From the human T2T-CHM13v2.0 reference genome, Homo sapiens, in the NCBI RefSeq assembly GCF_009914755.1, contig NC_060933.1: a stretch of DNA of 64,000 bases; one strand, 5' to 3'. The notes beneath the pieces were generated by a model. It saw only the letters and a list, made by a program, of their open reading frames with translations. It had not been told where the DNA came from and ran no database searches. Shown piece after piece: positions 41,119-53,700 of this stretch (the first letter of the stretch is position 1; every line of letters begins with the position of its first letter). A program made the position numbers and the translations under genes.

Positions 41119-41869
41119 GTAGGTCGCCTCTGAAACCTTCATTATGAGGGTTGTCACACTGTCACACTACAGTGAGGAAGCTGTGGGCTGCATCCCGGCT
41201 CTGCCACTTTCAATAACTCACCTTCTCTGTGCCTCCAGCCCCCAACTGTGCAATAGGGAAATGAGATGCTCTTTACAGCTTGTGTCTTTGAGGAACAGCA
41301 TAGAAGTTTTGCAGAAAACATGATGTGGGAAGAGAACTTGAAAATCATTTTTATCTCTCTTCATCTATTTCTCTCTCTCCCTCTGCCTCTTCTGTCTCTT
41401 ACCACTAAGCATCTCTACTTTATTTCCTCCCTCCAGTTGCCCCATTCAATGCACACACTTTGCCCCAGGTCAAAGCCCTGTGCTCCTGGCAGGTGCCCCT
41501 CCCTACTGCCTCCAGCCCCTGGCAGGTGTTGTCCATCTCCTGCCATGAAGCGATGCCGGCTCTCAGGAGGACCGATCCCCTGGATTTCATTCTCTTTGTT
41601 AAATGGGCCCCAGAGCTGAGCCCTTCAGTCTAGCACAGATTCAGGGTCAAGAGGACCCTCACCCAATGCTGGGAGAGGGCCGCTGATTCTCTCACTCTGT
41701 GGAGTGTTGCTTCCTTCTGACTCCAGAAGGGGCATTTTTCGCTTATTCTTGGTTCCCATTGCCTGGGACAAAATAAGCATAAAAGCTTAGGGGGAGATGG
41801 TGAGACAAGAGGCTAGATGGAGGTGAGCAAAGTGACTAGAAGAATATTTATTTTTGTTTATTTTTCCAG

Positions 41870-41905
41870 GGTCTCAAAGGAGAGAAAGGAGACCGGGGAC
41901 CCAAG
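41870..41905 (+). CDS. COL15A1: COL15A1 exon ~20 (36 nt) GLKGEKGDRGPK
   Basis: ttttccag|GGT ... AAG|gtgagg. Confidence 0.95.
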
Positions 41906-42012
41906 GTGAGGTCACAGAGCCAAGGTGGGGGTGGGAGGGCTTTCCAGCCTGGTTCTGGGAGCATTATCGCTGTACAGTGAATTTTTTTCTCACTTCTTGC
42001 TGCTTTGACCAG

Positions 42013-42096
42013 GGAGAAAGGGGGATGGATGGAGCCAGTATTGTGGGACCCCCTGGGCCGAGAGGGCCACCTGGGCACATCAAGGTCTTGTCTAAT
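42013..42096 (+). CDS. COL15A1: COL15A1 exon ~21 (84 nt) GERGMDGASIVGPPGPRGPPGHIKVLSN
   Basis: ttgaccag|GGA ... AAT|gtgagt. Confidence 0.95.
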
Positions 42097-43136
42097 GTGA
42101 GTATCATTCAGGTCAGAGCTTGTCTACATATTTTCCACCTTTGCCAAAGGGAGGAGAAGGTTGTCCATGACTTCAAAGCTTCTGGCTATGCAGGAGGCAT
42201 GTAGCCAGTGCCTGGTGTTAGAACTTCCACCTGCCAGCACCTACCTGTTCCTCCCCCAGTTCCACTGTTCTCTCACATGGTGCTTCTAGATTTGTCTCTT
42301 CTGATTAGCAGCATTTGGGGTCAATTGAAAAAACAGGCTAGGAGCATTAGAGATGTTGGGGTCTTGAGGAAGCCCCAGATAAGCAGTGCACACTTTCCCC
42401 AGCCAAGTGCAGAGCACATTGAGAAATAAAGCCAAAGATGAGGAGGTAGGCCCAGATACCACCTTGATTACTGATGGAGGTTAGGTGGAAGGCCTTCACC
42501 CAGTGGGAGAGCCACATGTTCCTGCCAATCAGACGGACTTGCCCATGGGTTGCCAGATGTGCTTCCCAGAGGCAGGCAGATCTGAAGGAAAGAAGTGTGG
42601 CTGAGCTGGGCATGCCCCTTGGTGCTTCCCAAACTGCCCATCAGGAAGGTCCCTCCACCTCACCACGGAGGGGGTACAGGAGCCAAGAGAAGCCAAGGAT
42701 TACACCCTTCATGTCACAGGAAACATCTTTATGTGCTCCCTTTAGATGGCTCTTTGATAGTCTATTAAAACTAAAACTAAAAATACCCATTCTCCAAAAT
42801 CCCACATGGGAAGATGTCCACACAAATGGAGGAAAGCATCCTCTTCCCAACTCTCCTCAACAAGGAAGGCAGTAACTTCATCCTTCAAACCCCCATCATG
42901 GTACAGCAAGTGGCCTATTTACATGTCTGACTCCTCCACCTGCCCTCTGGGGCTTTTTTTCTTCTCTGTATCCCCACCACTGGCCTCATAGTGCTGGTTT
43001 AATCAGTGTTTGCTGAATGAAATGTTTGGTGTCATTGAATTCTCTATTCCTATGATAAATACTCTGGCATAAGCACTCATGGGCATGCACTCTGCATCAG
43101 GTCCATGCTAGGCTCTGTGGGTATAAAGATAAGTAA

Positions 43137-43288
43137 GGCCAGGCACAGTGGCTCACACCTGTAATCTCAGCACTTTGAGAGGCCGAGGCAGGAGGACTGC
43201 TTGAGCCCAAGAGCTTAAGACCAGCCTGGGCAACATAGCAAGACCCTGTCTCTGATATTAAAAAAGTTTCTATTTTAAAAAATTAAAA
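43137..43288 (+). mobile_element. Alu monomer (FLAM-like)
   Basis: Single left arm plus A-rich tail; perfect 14-bp TSD ataaagataagtaa (43123-43136 / 43289-43302). Confidence 0.9.
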
Positions 43289-44367
43289 ATAAAGATAAGT
43301 AAGACAGAGTTCCTGTCTTCAAGGAGCCTCCAGTGAGGTCAGGAGAAGGGCTGTAACAGAGCTGTAACTGACAGGCAAATGAACATAAAGAGGGGAACAA
43401 GGGAGAAAAGACTGTTTGGGTTATGAGGAATCAAGGAAGACTTCCTAGAGGAAGTATCTTTGAGCAGGGATTGGAAAGCTGAGAAGGATTTTACCAGGTA
43501 GGCACGGAGGACAGAACTTCCAAAGCTCTAGTGTCAGGGATGCCCTGAGCCAAAGCAGAGGGTAGGACAATGTGGTGTGCTCCAGGTCGAGGGAGCTGAC
43601 TGGCAGAGGATAGTGCACATGGGTGTGTGTAGAGAATGATGGAAATTGGAGAGAAGGCTGGAATGTGGGCTGGGACCAGATCGCATGCATTTAATATTAA
43701 GACATCACATCATGAAAAATCCTGGCCCTTTAGAGAGAAATAACATCATGCTGGTAGACCACAGAAAGACAAGCCCCAAATAACTGGAAAAAGGATGACT
43801 AAAGTTAGAAGAAAAAAAAAACACGATTTTTAAAAATCAAATATGTGTAAGGGTGTGGGGAAAAAGGTAATCTCATGTGCTTCTGGTGGAAGTGTAAATT
43901 GGCCCCTTTGGATGGCTCTTTGGCAGTCTTTTAAAGCTAAAAATATTCATATTCCAAAATTCCACATGGAAAGATCTCCACACAATATGGCCGAGTGAAA
44001 AAAGCAAGTTGAGGAGTAATACAGCCTGATGCCATTTATGTAAAATAACCACATGGACAAACACACACACCCCAACACTGTGCTTTCTGTGGGTGCATAT
44101 AATATGTATATGTTTAAACTCTAAAAAGAGAAGACATTCGTATATTGTGTGATTTAAAAATTAAGTAAAGGAGGAAAGTGCGAAGGCAGCTCAGAGCTGT
44201 TTTATAAGAAGGGGGAGGGAGAGCTGTGTTTGGCAGTGGGCTGAGGGCGTTCTCAGTGTCTGCGGTGTTCCGCTATGCTGGGTGACTTTAATTAAAGCTT
44301 TGCTGCCAGGAACAAGGCAGAACACATGCCATCCTTTGTCCTCATTGTCTGATTTTTCTCTTTTCAG

Positions 44368-44433
44368 TCCTTGATCAATATCACCCATGGATTCATGAAT
44401 TTCTCGGACATTCCTGAGCTGGTGGGGCCTCCG
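44368..44433 (+). CDS. COL15A1: COL15A1 exon ~22 (66 nt) SLINITHGFMNFSDIPELVGPP
   Basis: cttttcag|TCC ... CCG|gttggt. Confidence 0.93.
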
Positions 44434-44928
44434 GTTGGTATCTACAGCTGCCCCAGAATGTGGCTTTTACCCAGACGCCCCTGTTGAAACAAAGTCGGGT
44501 TACTTTGGAATCCTTTTAGCTCCTGAAGCGTAGAGCTAGAATATATCAAAGTAGAATGGAAAGAAAGCTTTGCATTTTTTGAAAAGTTGCTTTCACATTA
44601 ATTTGATCATGTGGAAAGTTGTCTCCAAAGCAGTGGAAGCTTCCAGTCCTGTGCACCGGCAATATGTGTCATGGAAATTAGAGAATGCTAAGTAACAAAC
44701 AGATGACATCTGTTGCACACTTTTGGCCTGCTTTTATTTACATTATCTTATTTCATAGTATAGGAAGAGCCTGGAGACACCTTTCCTTGTGCTCAAGGGA
44801 AACGAGGAAGAAATGGACTCATTCTAGTCTTTATAGCCCCATTTTAGAACTCTGGAAATTATCTGTGTGTTAATTTCCAGATCTCTAAAATGGGATTATA
44901 ATGTATATAAGAAATACACATTATTTTT

Positions 44929-45231
44929 GGCCAGAAGTGGTGGCTCACGCCTGTAATCCCAACACTTTGGGAGGCTGAGGCAGGCAGATCATGAGATCAG
45001 GAGTTTGAGACCAGCCTGGCCAACATGTTGAAACCCTGTCTCTACTAAAAATACAAAAATTAGCTGGGCATGGTGGCATGTGCCTGTAATCCTAGCTACT
45101 TGGGAGGCTGAGGCACGAGAATCACTTGAACCTGGGAGGCGGAGGTTGCAGTGAGCCAAGATCGCACTACTGCACCCCAGGCTGGGTGACAAAGTGAGAC
45201 TCTATCTCAAAACAAACAAACAAAAAAAACC
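44929..45231 (+). mobile_element. Alu (AluS-like)
   Basis: Forward Alu; TSD aaata(c/t)acattattt. Confidence 0.93.
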
Positions 45232-46220
45232 AAAATATACATTATTTCTGCAAGTTGGCAGAGTTGACTCATGGCACAATGGCCCTAAGATGAAGGAAGC
45301 TTCCTCCTACAGCCTGTAGAATAAATACTCATTGCATCTCCCAGCATCTGCTGGTCAGCACAGGAGAAAGGAAGGAGCTCTGGCCTTAGGAGCCTTGAGG
45401 TTGCAGCCCCATCTTCTCCACACACCACTCTGAGCCCCTAATTCTCTTCTCTGATGACACCTCACCAGCCTTTGAGGCAACTTGTAAGAAGTGAGGGATG
45501 TGAAACTGCTTAGCACACTGTGACGCTCTGTGCAAGTCATTGTGGAGACAGGTTTATGCCTTCACAGCTGTGCAATGCCGATGTCCCTGCCTCTCCTGCA
45601 GATCCCCATGAGGTTGCCCTGAATCCCATTCATCCAGATCCAGGGGAAAATCTAGTGCTGCCCCAAGATTCCTGCAAATATCTGCAGACTCTTCTGGCAC
45701 CAGGTTTCTCCCCTGCTGAGTGACCTCATTGTGAGCCATCTTCCTGTCTCCTCTGTACTGCATCCATTTGATTTCTATGAAAACCAATAATCCAAAATAC
45801 CTCAATAATGAAACCCTAGAGCAAACCAGCTAACAAGTGAAAGTTTCTTCCCAAGGGGTCTTTGTTTTCCCCAAGCTATTGGAGGTTTCTGATATTAGGT
45901 GGGTGGATACTGAAGCAAAACACAGAGAGACTAAAACCAGAGATTGGGCATCCCTGTCCTCACAGTCCCTGGGCCTTGTCTGCCTGCATTACCATGCCTC
46001 CACCCCTTCTCTCTCTTCCTTGCTTTCTTTCCAGTCACTGTCCTCCCCTTGGCAAATCCAGACCCTCACAGGGCCCCTTCTTCCCTAATGCTGTGTCAAT
46101 CCGTCTTCCCAGCTGTGGGAACATGCTGAGGCCTTTGGAAGGGGCTGGGAGGGAGGGGGTCCTGCTGACTCTGGAAATGCCGCTCCTAATCCAGCGTGCT
46201 CTATCTTTGGTGTGTCACAG

Positions 46221-46256
46221 GGGCCGGACGGGTTGCCTGGGCTGCCAGGATTTCCA
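46221..46256 (+). CDS. COL15A1: COL15A1 exon ~23 (36 nt) GPDGLPGLPGFP
   Basis: gtcacag|GGG ... CCA|gtaagt. Confidence 0.94.
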
Positions 46257-46392
46257 GTAAGTACCACCCTCGCTGTCTTCTATCTGTGCCCCGTGGCTGC
46301 GATCATTCTGTTCCTTCCACCTAGAATGGCATTTCCTCCATCTATGCATGACTGAGCTCCAGGGGCATCTTGTTCATTAACTTTTTCTTGAT

Positions 46393-46518
46393 ATTTTTGA
46401 TAGATATGGGGTTTTGCCATGTTGCCCAGGCTGGTCTGGAACTCCTGAGCTCAAGAAATCCATCTGCGTCAGCCTCCCAAAGTGCTGGGATTACAAGCAT
46501 GAGCCCCTGAGCCTGGCT
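46393..46518 (-). mobile_element. Alu monomer (FLAM / left arm)
   Basis: Reverse left-arm sequence gttgcccaggctggtctggaactcctgagctcaag...gagcctggct. Confidence 0.85.
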
Positions 46519-47744
46519 GATTTTCTGAACTTTTTACATTTTCTAAAGGCACATATCATATGATAACACTAAAAATAGTGCTAACTAGACGTTAAAAAAC
46601 AAAAGAGAGAATGGCAACCATGACCACGATTGTGACCATGACTCTGACCATGATTCTTGGTTAGCAGAAGAAAAGGCCAAACCCCTAAGCTCCAGCCCCG
46701 GCTTGGCTGCTCCAAGACCTGGGGCACATTTCAGAGCACACTTTCCTCTAAATGAGTGGTCCTGTGTTCCTGAGGGAGTCCCAGGCTCTGCAGGAGAGCC
46801 TCCAGGACCTCCACTGCAGGGAGTAAGGAGGGGGCCAAATAGGCACATTCCAGGCCACTGACCTTCAATAAGGGAAGCTTCACTGGACATATTTGTATAT
46901 ATTAGGCTTTCATTTAAGACTTTATTTGGGGGAAAAAAAAGGAAGGAAAAGAGTTTCACTGCTAAACAATAATAACAAATAGTTGAAAGCCACTGCTGTA
47001 ATGGGTAATTCACTCTTTCATCCAGACAAGACAGGAACTTGTGAAAAGTTAAAATAGCAATAAAGTGTTGAAATGCCTTTTTGAGGCAGATGTGGCTGTG
47101 TGAGTCATTGTCACAGGCATTCAGTGTCTGTTGGAGTTGAGAAGAGGTTGCCTCTGGCTGCATGTGTGGATTTGGCTCTGCAGAGGGGTGGGTGGGCATT
47201 CCTATGGGGGGGGTGGCATGAGTGCTGGTGCAGAAGCAATGGAGGAGTGCAGAGAGGCTGCGGGAAGGGAGTCAACCTGATGGTGTGGGAGATGAGATGT
47301 TGATGCCTGGCTGGGATGGGCTGGGGTGCCAGGCTAAGGTACCTGGGTCCCATCTCATAGGTAGTGGGGAGCCAGAGAAGGGGTGGGAGTCGTGGAAGGG
47401 GATAGTGGAGGAGGCGGGCTGCAGGGTGGCCTGGAGGAGCCGTGGGGCAAGCAGATGCAGCAGGCCCAGATAATAGGCTGGATCAGTAGTGCCCAGTTGG
47501 AGGAAACCAATGTTCAAAAAAGTGTGAAGCCTCAAGGCCTCTTAACACTCAGTGCTATCTTCTTTCTGCCAGACCACAGTTTCTGGACCACTTAAGGTTA
47601 AGAAAATGTCATAGGTAATCATGACTTCCACCTACCTGGGGGATGGCAGTGTGTATTCTACTGTTGAGAAAAAATATATTTCTGATTGGTTTATGCATTT
47701 TAATCTTAACGAACAACCAAATACTATATAACAATTCCTTCCAG

Positions 47745-47807
47745 GGTCCTAGAGGACCAAAAGGTGACACTGGTTTACCTGGCTTTCCAGGACTAAAAGG
47801 AGAACAG
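47745..47807 (+). CDS. COL15A1: COL15A1 exon ~24 (63 nt) GPRGPKGDTGLPGFPGLKGEQ
   Basis: ccttccag|GGT ... CAG|gtaaga. Confidence 0.95.
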
Positions 47808-47889
47808 GTAAGAGGGGCCCAGGTATCTGAGTGAGATTGGGCGCTGGAATTTGCTAAACGTTTCAGATTGGCTGAAAATAGCTATTAAC

Positions 47890-48070
47890 TTTTCTCTTCT
47901 TTGAGATACAATTCACATGCCATAAAATTCACCCCTTTAAATTGTACAATTCAGTGATTTTTGGTGGGCTCATAAGGTTGTACAACCTCATGAACCACTC
48001 TGTAATTCTAGAACATTTTCATCATACCAGAAAGAAACCCCATACTTATTAGCGGTCACTCTCCAGCTGT
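47890..48070 (-). mobile_element. Short L1MB-like 3' fragment
   Basis: ttgagatacaattcacatgccataaaattcaccc, the same motif as at 62240. Confidence 0.75.
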
Positions 48071-50267
48071 TAACTTTTTTAATCTCCAGGTTCTCTATGA
48101 GACGAGAAGGTACGAAGTGGGTAGTGAAATTGATTTTTACCATAATTTGGAAAGAGAACTCAACTCAACACTCCTTTGTTCTCACACACACTGTGCTTTG
48201 TCTAACCACCTGCTGGGCATCCCCCTTAGAACATGCACTGCCTGAGGACAGGCATCCTGCCAGCTTCTTTTCCATAGCTCCAATACTAATATGGGGCCTG
48301 GTATACAAATGGTACTGAATACACTTGTTGGACGAAAGCATGTATAATTAATGAGTAGAACAAATGTTAATATTTATAAATTATAAATTGAGCATTCTGC
48401 AGTTGAACAACAGTCTTGGTCCAAAGTCTCTGGAATAAATACTTAGCACACAGAACACTTCCTGAGAACTCCCAGGGTACCAAACCTATTGTTGTGCTTG
48501 TATTCTTTTGTGTTTGCCTCTTAGAATTAACTTTCCAGTTGGTTTTTATAGATAAGGGGGAGAGTGACGTCCATAAACAGATTAATATATTCACTCGTCC
48601 ATGTATATACTCATCCATCTTTCGTCCACTGACCCGTGTGGTGTGCCAGGCAGTTTCCTGTGCTAGGCGTAGGGATATAGAAATAAGATGAGGAAGAGAT
48701 ATGCAAAGAGCTAACAGAGCACATGCTTACAGCTGGAATGGAGCTCTGTGCAAAGCCAGTGGGAGCACTGTGCAACCCCCTGAGCCTGCCATGGGGAGTC
48801 AAGGAGGGTGGGTGTGCTCTGTGGGATGGGGGAACTCCTCTCGTTCTTCTCTCCCCCCATCATTCTATAATATAATGGTCTCCAAGGAGGAGAGGGCCTC
48901 CAATATCTAGTGGGCCACTGCTCCAGGGCATGGAGGGCTCGGTATGCTGGGTGAAGGTTTGGCATCACGTGGGGATGTGTCTTGGGATGCTTTTCCTGCC
49001 ACAGGCCTGTGGAGATGGACCAGGGCTGGCCAGCTCAGGCTTGGGAGGAGGCCCAGGGAAGCAAGAGCACCTCTTGCTTTAAACACTCTGTTTAAACACT
49101 CTGTTTCCTATGTGGTAAGGTCAGATGGATCTAGAGGGACGGACATGACATCCCCGCCCTAACCTCCTGCCACCTTGAATGACTGGTCCAGGCAGCCGGG
49201 CAGTTCTGCTCTGGCCATTGCAGTGAACGTGCTTTCTCTCACTCTGCCTCTAATGCTTTTGTGCTTGCTTCTTCTCCCTGCTGGCGTGCTCAGGACTACC
49301 TTTCCTCATCAGTGGAGTGGTAAGATCTAAATACCAGGTGTGGGCTTAGGGGGATGGAAGAAAGAGGCTGCTCTGCTTGCTTTGATGCTACTGTCCTAGC
49401 TACTCCCAGCCCCATTGAAAAGAGACTTCTGTGTGGCTCAGCCCTGCTCCCCAGGGGCCAGCATTGAAGTTTAGGGCCAAAGCCTCAGAGTCAGATAGAA
49501 GGTTTCTGCACCCAGTCTTGTTCTCTTGACAATCATCTTCTCAGCAGCCTCTAGCATAGTAGATGTCTCTGCTGAGGACAGGATTGGGGTCAGGATCCTG
49601 TGTTCTTGCCACCAGTCTACCCATCACTCATTCCTAATGTCTGGGATAGCTTTGCCTAACTAAGTAAGTGTTTGCACAGGAGCTTAGAGTTTGGAGGCAA
49701 CGTTGCATATGGAGACATAAGGCCTCCATGTTGACAGAGGCCTCTAGTTTTTATACCGTCATCTCTTTCCTAATTTCAGGTGTTTTAACAAGAATAAGTA
49801 TTCTTGGTGGGAACAGATCTCAGGTTGAGTTGCTAGGAAAGCAAGCTGTCAAATACATTGGGAGCCAGAGCTTCCTTGAGGGCACCATGTGGCAGGAGAT
49901 AGACAGGACCACACTGGGGCTGGATCCTGGAGGGTTGAGAGTGAGGATGCAAATCTGTTATCAGTGGGAGCCTGAAGGGGCATGGAAGACAGGACTGTCC
50001 TGTGCCTTAGGACGGTAACTCTGATGGTGCATAGAGGGAATGGCTGAGAGAACATTCATTCATTTAGGAGGCTGTTGCAATACTCTAGTACGAGGTAATT
50101 TTGGAGCAGTGGGGTTTCAAGTAGGATGAAGGCAAGAGAAATAAATCATGGCTGCAGGACTCAGAGGTCTCTGTACAAGGTGGCAAGGAGGAGTCTCTGT
50201 ACAAAACTCTCTGGACAAGGTGGCAAGGAGGAGTCCTGACTTCATTGAGATGTTCTCTGAATTGCAG

Positions 50268-50336
50268 GGCGAGAAGGGAGAGCCGGGTGCCATCCTGACA
50301 GAGGACATTCCTCTGGAAAGGCTGATGGGGAAAAAG
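50268..50336 (+). CDS. COL15A1: COL15A1 exon ~25 (69 nt) GEKGEPGAILTEDIPLERLMGKK
   Basis: attgcag|GGC ... AAG|gtaatt. Confidence 0.94.
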
Positions 50337-50434
50337 GTAATTATGTCACCAGACCCTGCAGGCACATATCTGCCCCAGCTTTGCATCTTTGTTTCTGTCC
50401 CAAACAGTGACAAGTATATATCTTCCTGTTTTAG

Positions 50435-50470
50435 GGTGAACCTGGAATGCATGGAGCCCCAGGACCAATG
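50435..50470 (+). CDS. COL15A1: COL15A1 exon ~26 (36 nt) GEPGMHGAPGPM
   Basis: ctgttttag|GGT ... ATG|gtaagt. Confidence 0.95.
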
Positions 50471-50599
50471 GTAAGTCAGAGCGTCTCTCAGCTGGATCTG
50501 GGCTGGGGTTTGAAGCATTTTTCATACTTTGATTTGGTTAGATTTAGTTGTCCCGGTTATGAAAATTCAAAGATGTGGCAAAGATGTGCAAAATGTGCA

Positions 50600-50920
50600 T
50601 ATACTAGGGTAAGGCTGACTACAATTAAATAAACTTTTCAGTGATTTAACACAATAGCAGCTTATTTCTCGCTCTTGCAAATTCCACTGTGGTTGTTCTC
50701 AGCTTGGCATCTCTCCTCCAAGAAGTGACTCAGGGATCCAGGATGCTTCCATTCTGTGATTCTGCCATCTTGTGGATTCAAGGTCGCACAGGAGCTAGCA
50801 GGCTGAAGTTGGGGAGGGGGAAGAGATTGTGAAAGATAATAAACATCACTTCTGGCACATTCTGTAAGCCAAAACCCAGACGCTTGTGGCCTCAAAATGT
50901 AGTTTAGCTGTGTGTCCAGG
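50600..50920. mobile_element. MLT1-type MaLR LTR relic
   Basis: tcagtgatttaacacaatagcagcttatttctcgctc...ctcagggatccagg...aaatgtagtttagctgtgtg. Confidence 0.55.
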
Positions 50921-51984
50921 AAGGAGAGGTGCACTTGCAGTTATACCACAGAACTTGCCAGCTAAAGATGACCAATTTCCCAGGAAACCCTCAAAGGAAC
51001 CCCACAAAACCTCTCTGGGATTTTTGATTCTGGTTGTGAATATGCCACTCATTTGCTGTGAGACCTTGTGCAAGCCCTCTTCTCTCTCTGGGCTCCTGTT
51101 TTCCCATCTGCACATTGAAGAGACTGAATTAGTACTAAATGATATTAGGGCCCTTCTGGCCTTACGGCTCTGGGAATCCATAACCCATCTGGGCTTCTGA
51201 GCAGCTCTTGCCATTTCTCTCAAGGGCGAACCCTAAACTTACTTCCCTGTGTAGAACATTCTCTATGGGTCAGACTGTACTGATGCTTCACATAGGTCAT
51301 CTCATTTCATCTTCACAACCCCAAGAAGTGACTCTCAGAATCCCCATTTTATAGATGAGGAAACTAAGGCCCAAGGAGGTTAAGTAACCTGCCCATGTGA
51401 CACAGCTTGTAAGTGGCAGAGTGGGGATTTGAGGCCAGCCAGTCAGGCTTTAGGTCCAGTCTCTTCTCAGATGAACCTCACTGCCTCTAATGAACATTTG
51501 AAACATTGAACATTTGAAACATTTTGGGCTAGAGAATTGTATACAGGTTTGTTTGGTTGAAGTTGGATCTCAGGTGTGGGGAGAAAGGACCTCACATTTC
51601 TGTAACAGACTTGTATCCTTGAAGAATGGCCTGTAACTTTCGAGGTGAATCCTTCAAAAGACCTTCTGAGGCCTTTGGTCCCTGAAGTTAAGAAGAGTGG
51701 ACACCCAAAGTCAGGTAGCTAAGACAGACTGAGAGATTCTTGTATTAACTACTGGTTAACCACCTACTAACCTCCAATACTGTGGAAAATACAAATAGTT
51801 AGTGGTGGGGGTCAGCAGGCTGCTGCAGATGCCATGGCGGTGGTTCCTACTGAAGCCCAGCTTGGACACAGCTTGCCAAACACAGGCAGTAAGTGGCACC
51901 TTCTTCTAATTTGCATGAAGGTGCTGTGTGGGCTAGCTGTGGCCCTAGTGACCAGTGTAGCTTATAACGCCTTCTCAAATTCAC

Positions 51985-52144
51985 TGGTGTCCTGTTACAC
52001 AAAGTGTAGACCATGCACCAGCATCACTGACATCACTTGGGAGCTTCTTAGAACTGTAGAACCTCAGGCCCCACCCAAGACATACTGGATCTGCATTTTT
52101 AACAAGATCCAGGTGATTCTTAACACACATTGATGTTTGGGAAG
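51985..52144. mobile_element. MER5A-like hAT MITE, split by the THE1 LTR
   Basis: catcacttgggagcttcttagaa...ctcaggccccacccaagac...ctgcatttttaacaagatcc. Confidence 0.75.
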
Positions 52145-52507
52145 TGTATTAGTCCATTCTCACGCTGCTATGAAGAAATACCAAGACTAGATAATTTACA
52201 AAGAAAAGAGGTTTAATTGACTCCTAGTTCCGCATGGCTAGGAGGCCTTAGGAAACTTACAATTGTGGTGGGAGGCATCTCATCACAGGGCAGCAGGAGA
52301 GAGAATAAGTGCCAGCAGGGGAAATGCCAGACACTTACAAAACCATCAGAGCTAGGGAGAACTCATTCACTGTTATGAGAACAGCATGGGGAAATCTGCC
52401 TCCATGATTCGATTACCTCCCACCACGTCCCTCCCATGACATGCGGGGGTTGTGGAATTACAATTCAAGAAGAGATTTGGGTGGGCACACAAAGCCAAAC
52501 CATATCA
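52145..52507 (-). mobile_element. THE1-type MaLR solo LTR inserted into a MER5A
   Basis: tgtattagtccattctcacgctgct ... gccaaaccatatca; perfect 5-bp TSD GGAAG (52140-52144 / 52508-52512). Confidence 0.92.
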
Positions 52508-53485
52508 GGAAGTGTTGCACTAGAACATACCAACCAAGTGGCCTGTGCCCTGTCAACCCCATCTGTCTTTGCTTTTCTTTCCCTAAGAGTAATACAGACT
52601 GGGTACTTTACGTACTGACCCTGTTTCAACTCAGTTTTTGTTTGTCATTTTTCAGAGCATGGCTATGTATGTTTATGGTAGGATGAAAAGGGACTTGGAG
52701 TGCCCCAGGCTTAAATCAGTCATTCTTCTGGGAGACACAGCAGACCCAGCTACAGGGTTGGAAAGGCGCAGACTGAGGGTAGAATTTGTTCTAGGAAGAC
52801 ATACATCATCAGTGGTGTTGTCTGTCAACCAAGTAGTTTACATCCCAGACATTAGAAGGCAGGAGGGTTCCTGAAGGTTGCAACAGAACAGTGGTTCTAG
52901 AAGCCTGTGGTCCTGGAAAGCCAGCACTGAAATAGGGTCCATGGTCTGGAACTCAGCTGGATGACTGGGGTGTCAGACCAAGACTCTGGTTCCTAGGGGC
53001 AGGTTAGAGCAAGGAAGGAACCAAATCCTAGAGTGGGTTATCAGGCCAGGCTGGCCTGAGGGGCGAGGCAGGGCTGCGTTATTCAGAATGGGGGATGCGA
53101 TAAGCCCTGGGACATAAGACCTAGGGCAGAGGTCCATGTTCTGGGCTGGCCCAGCACCTGGCTACCAGGGAGCTGAGGCCCTGAGCTACTGACCTCTTGC
53201 TCCTTAGTTAACCCTGACTGCGAGGGGCTGGGTCCAGAGTCTGGGGTGGGTTGGAGCCTGCAGGAAAGCAGGGGATGGTGTGGGTTGAGCAGGTGCTTCT
53301 AGCTGAGAGCGGAGAGGCTGGAGACAAGGAGGCCGCAGGCAGGGGCTTCTACCTGGCTCCCTGCCCTCCTTCCTCCTGTCAGTGGATCATCGTCACCACT
53401 GCCTGCAAAAGCGGGCTTGCACTCCTCATTTCCCTGAACCAAGACTTTCTGTTCTTTTCTAATCTGGCATTTGTTTTGCCTCTAG

Positions 53486-53539
53486 GGGCCCAAAGGACCA
53501 CCAGGACATAAAGGAGAATTTGGCCTTCCCGGGCGACCT
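53486..53539 (+). CDS. COL15A1: COL15A1 exon ~27 (54 nt) GPKGPPGHKGEFGLPGRP
   Basis: gcctctag|GGG ... CCT|gtaggt. Confidence 0.94.
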
Positions 53540-53640
53540 GTAGGTATCAGTGTTCATTGGACAGGCTGGAGGGGGAGGACACGTGGGCCAGGCTGGTCTG
53601 TGGGCGGAGGGTTTACTGAGGTGTCTGCTGTGGGTTCCAG

Positions 53641-53700
53641 GGTCGCCCAGGACTGAATGGCCTCAAGGGTACCAAAGGAGATCCAGGGGTCATTATGCAG
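53641..53700 (+). CDS. COL15A1: COL15A1 exon ~28 (60 nt) GRPGLNGLKGTKGDPGVIMQ
   Basis: gttccag|GGT ... CAG|gtgagt. Confidence 0.95.

Noticed and set aside
46585-47199. 204-aa minus ORF, the longest in the track
   Set aside because: No recognisable domain or supporting gene structure; it includes the 12-bp repeat and is compatible with chance in 64 kb.
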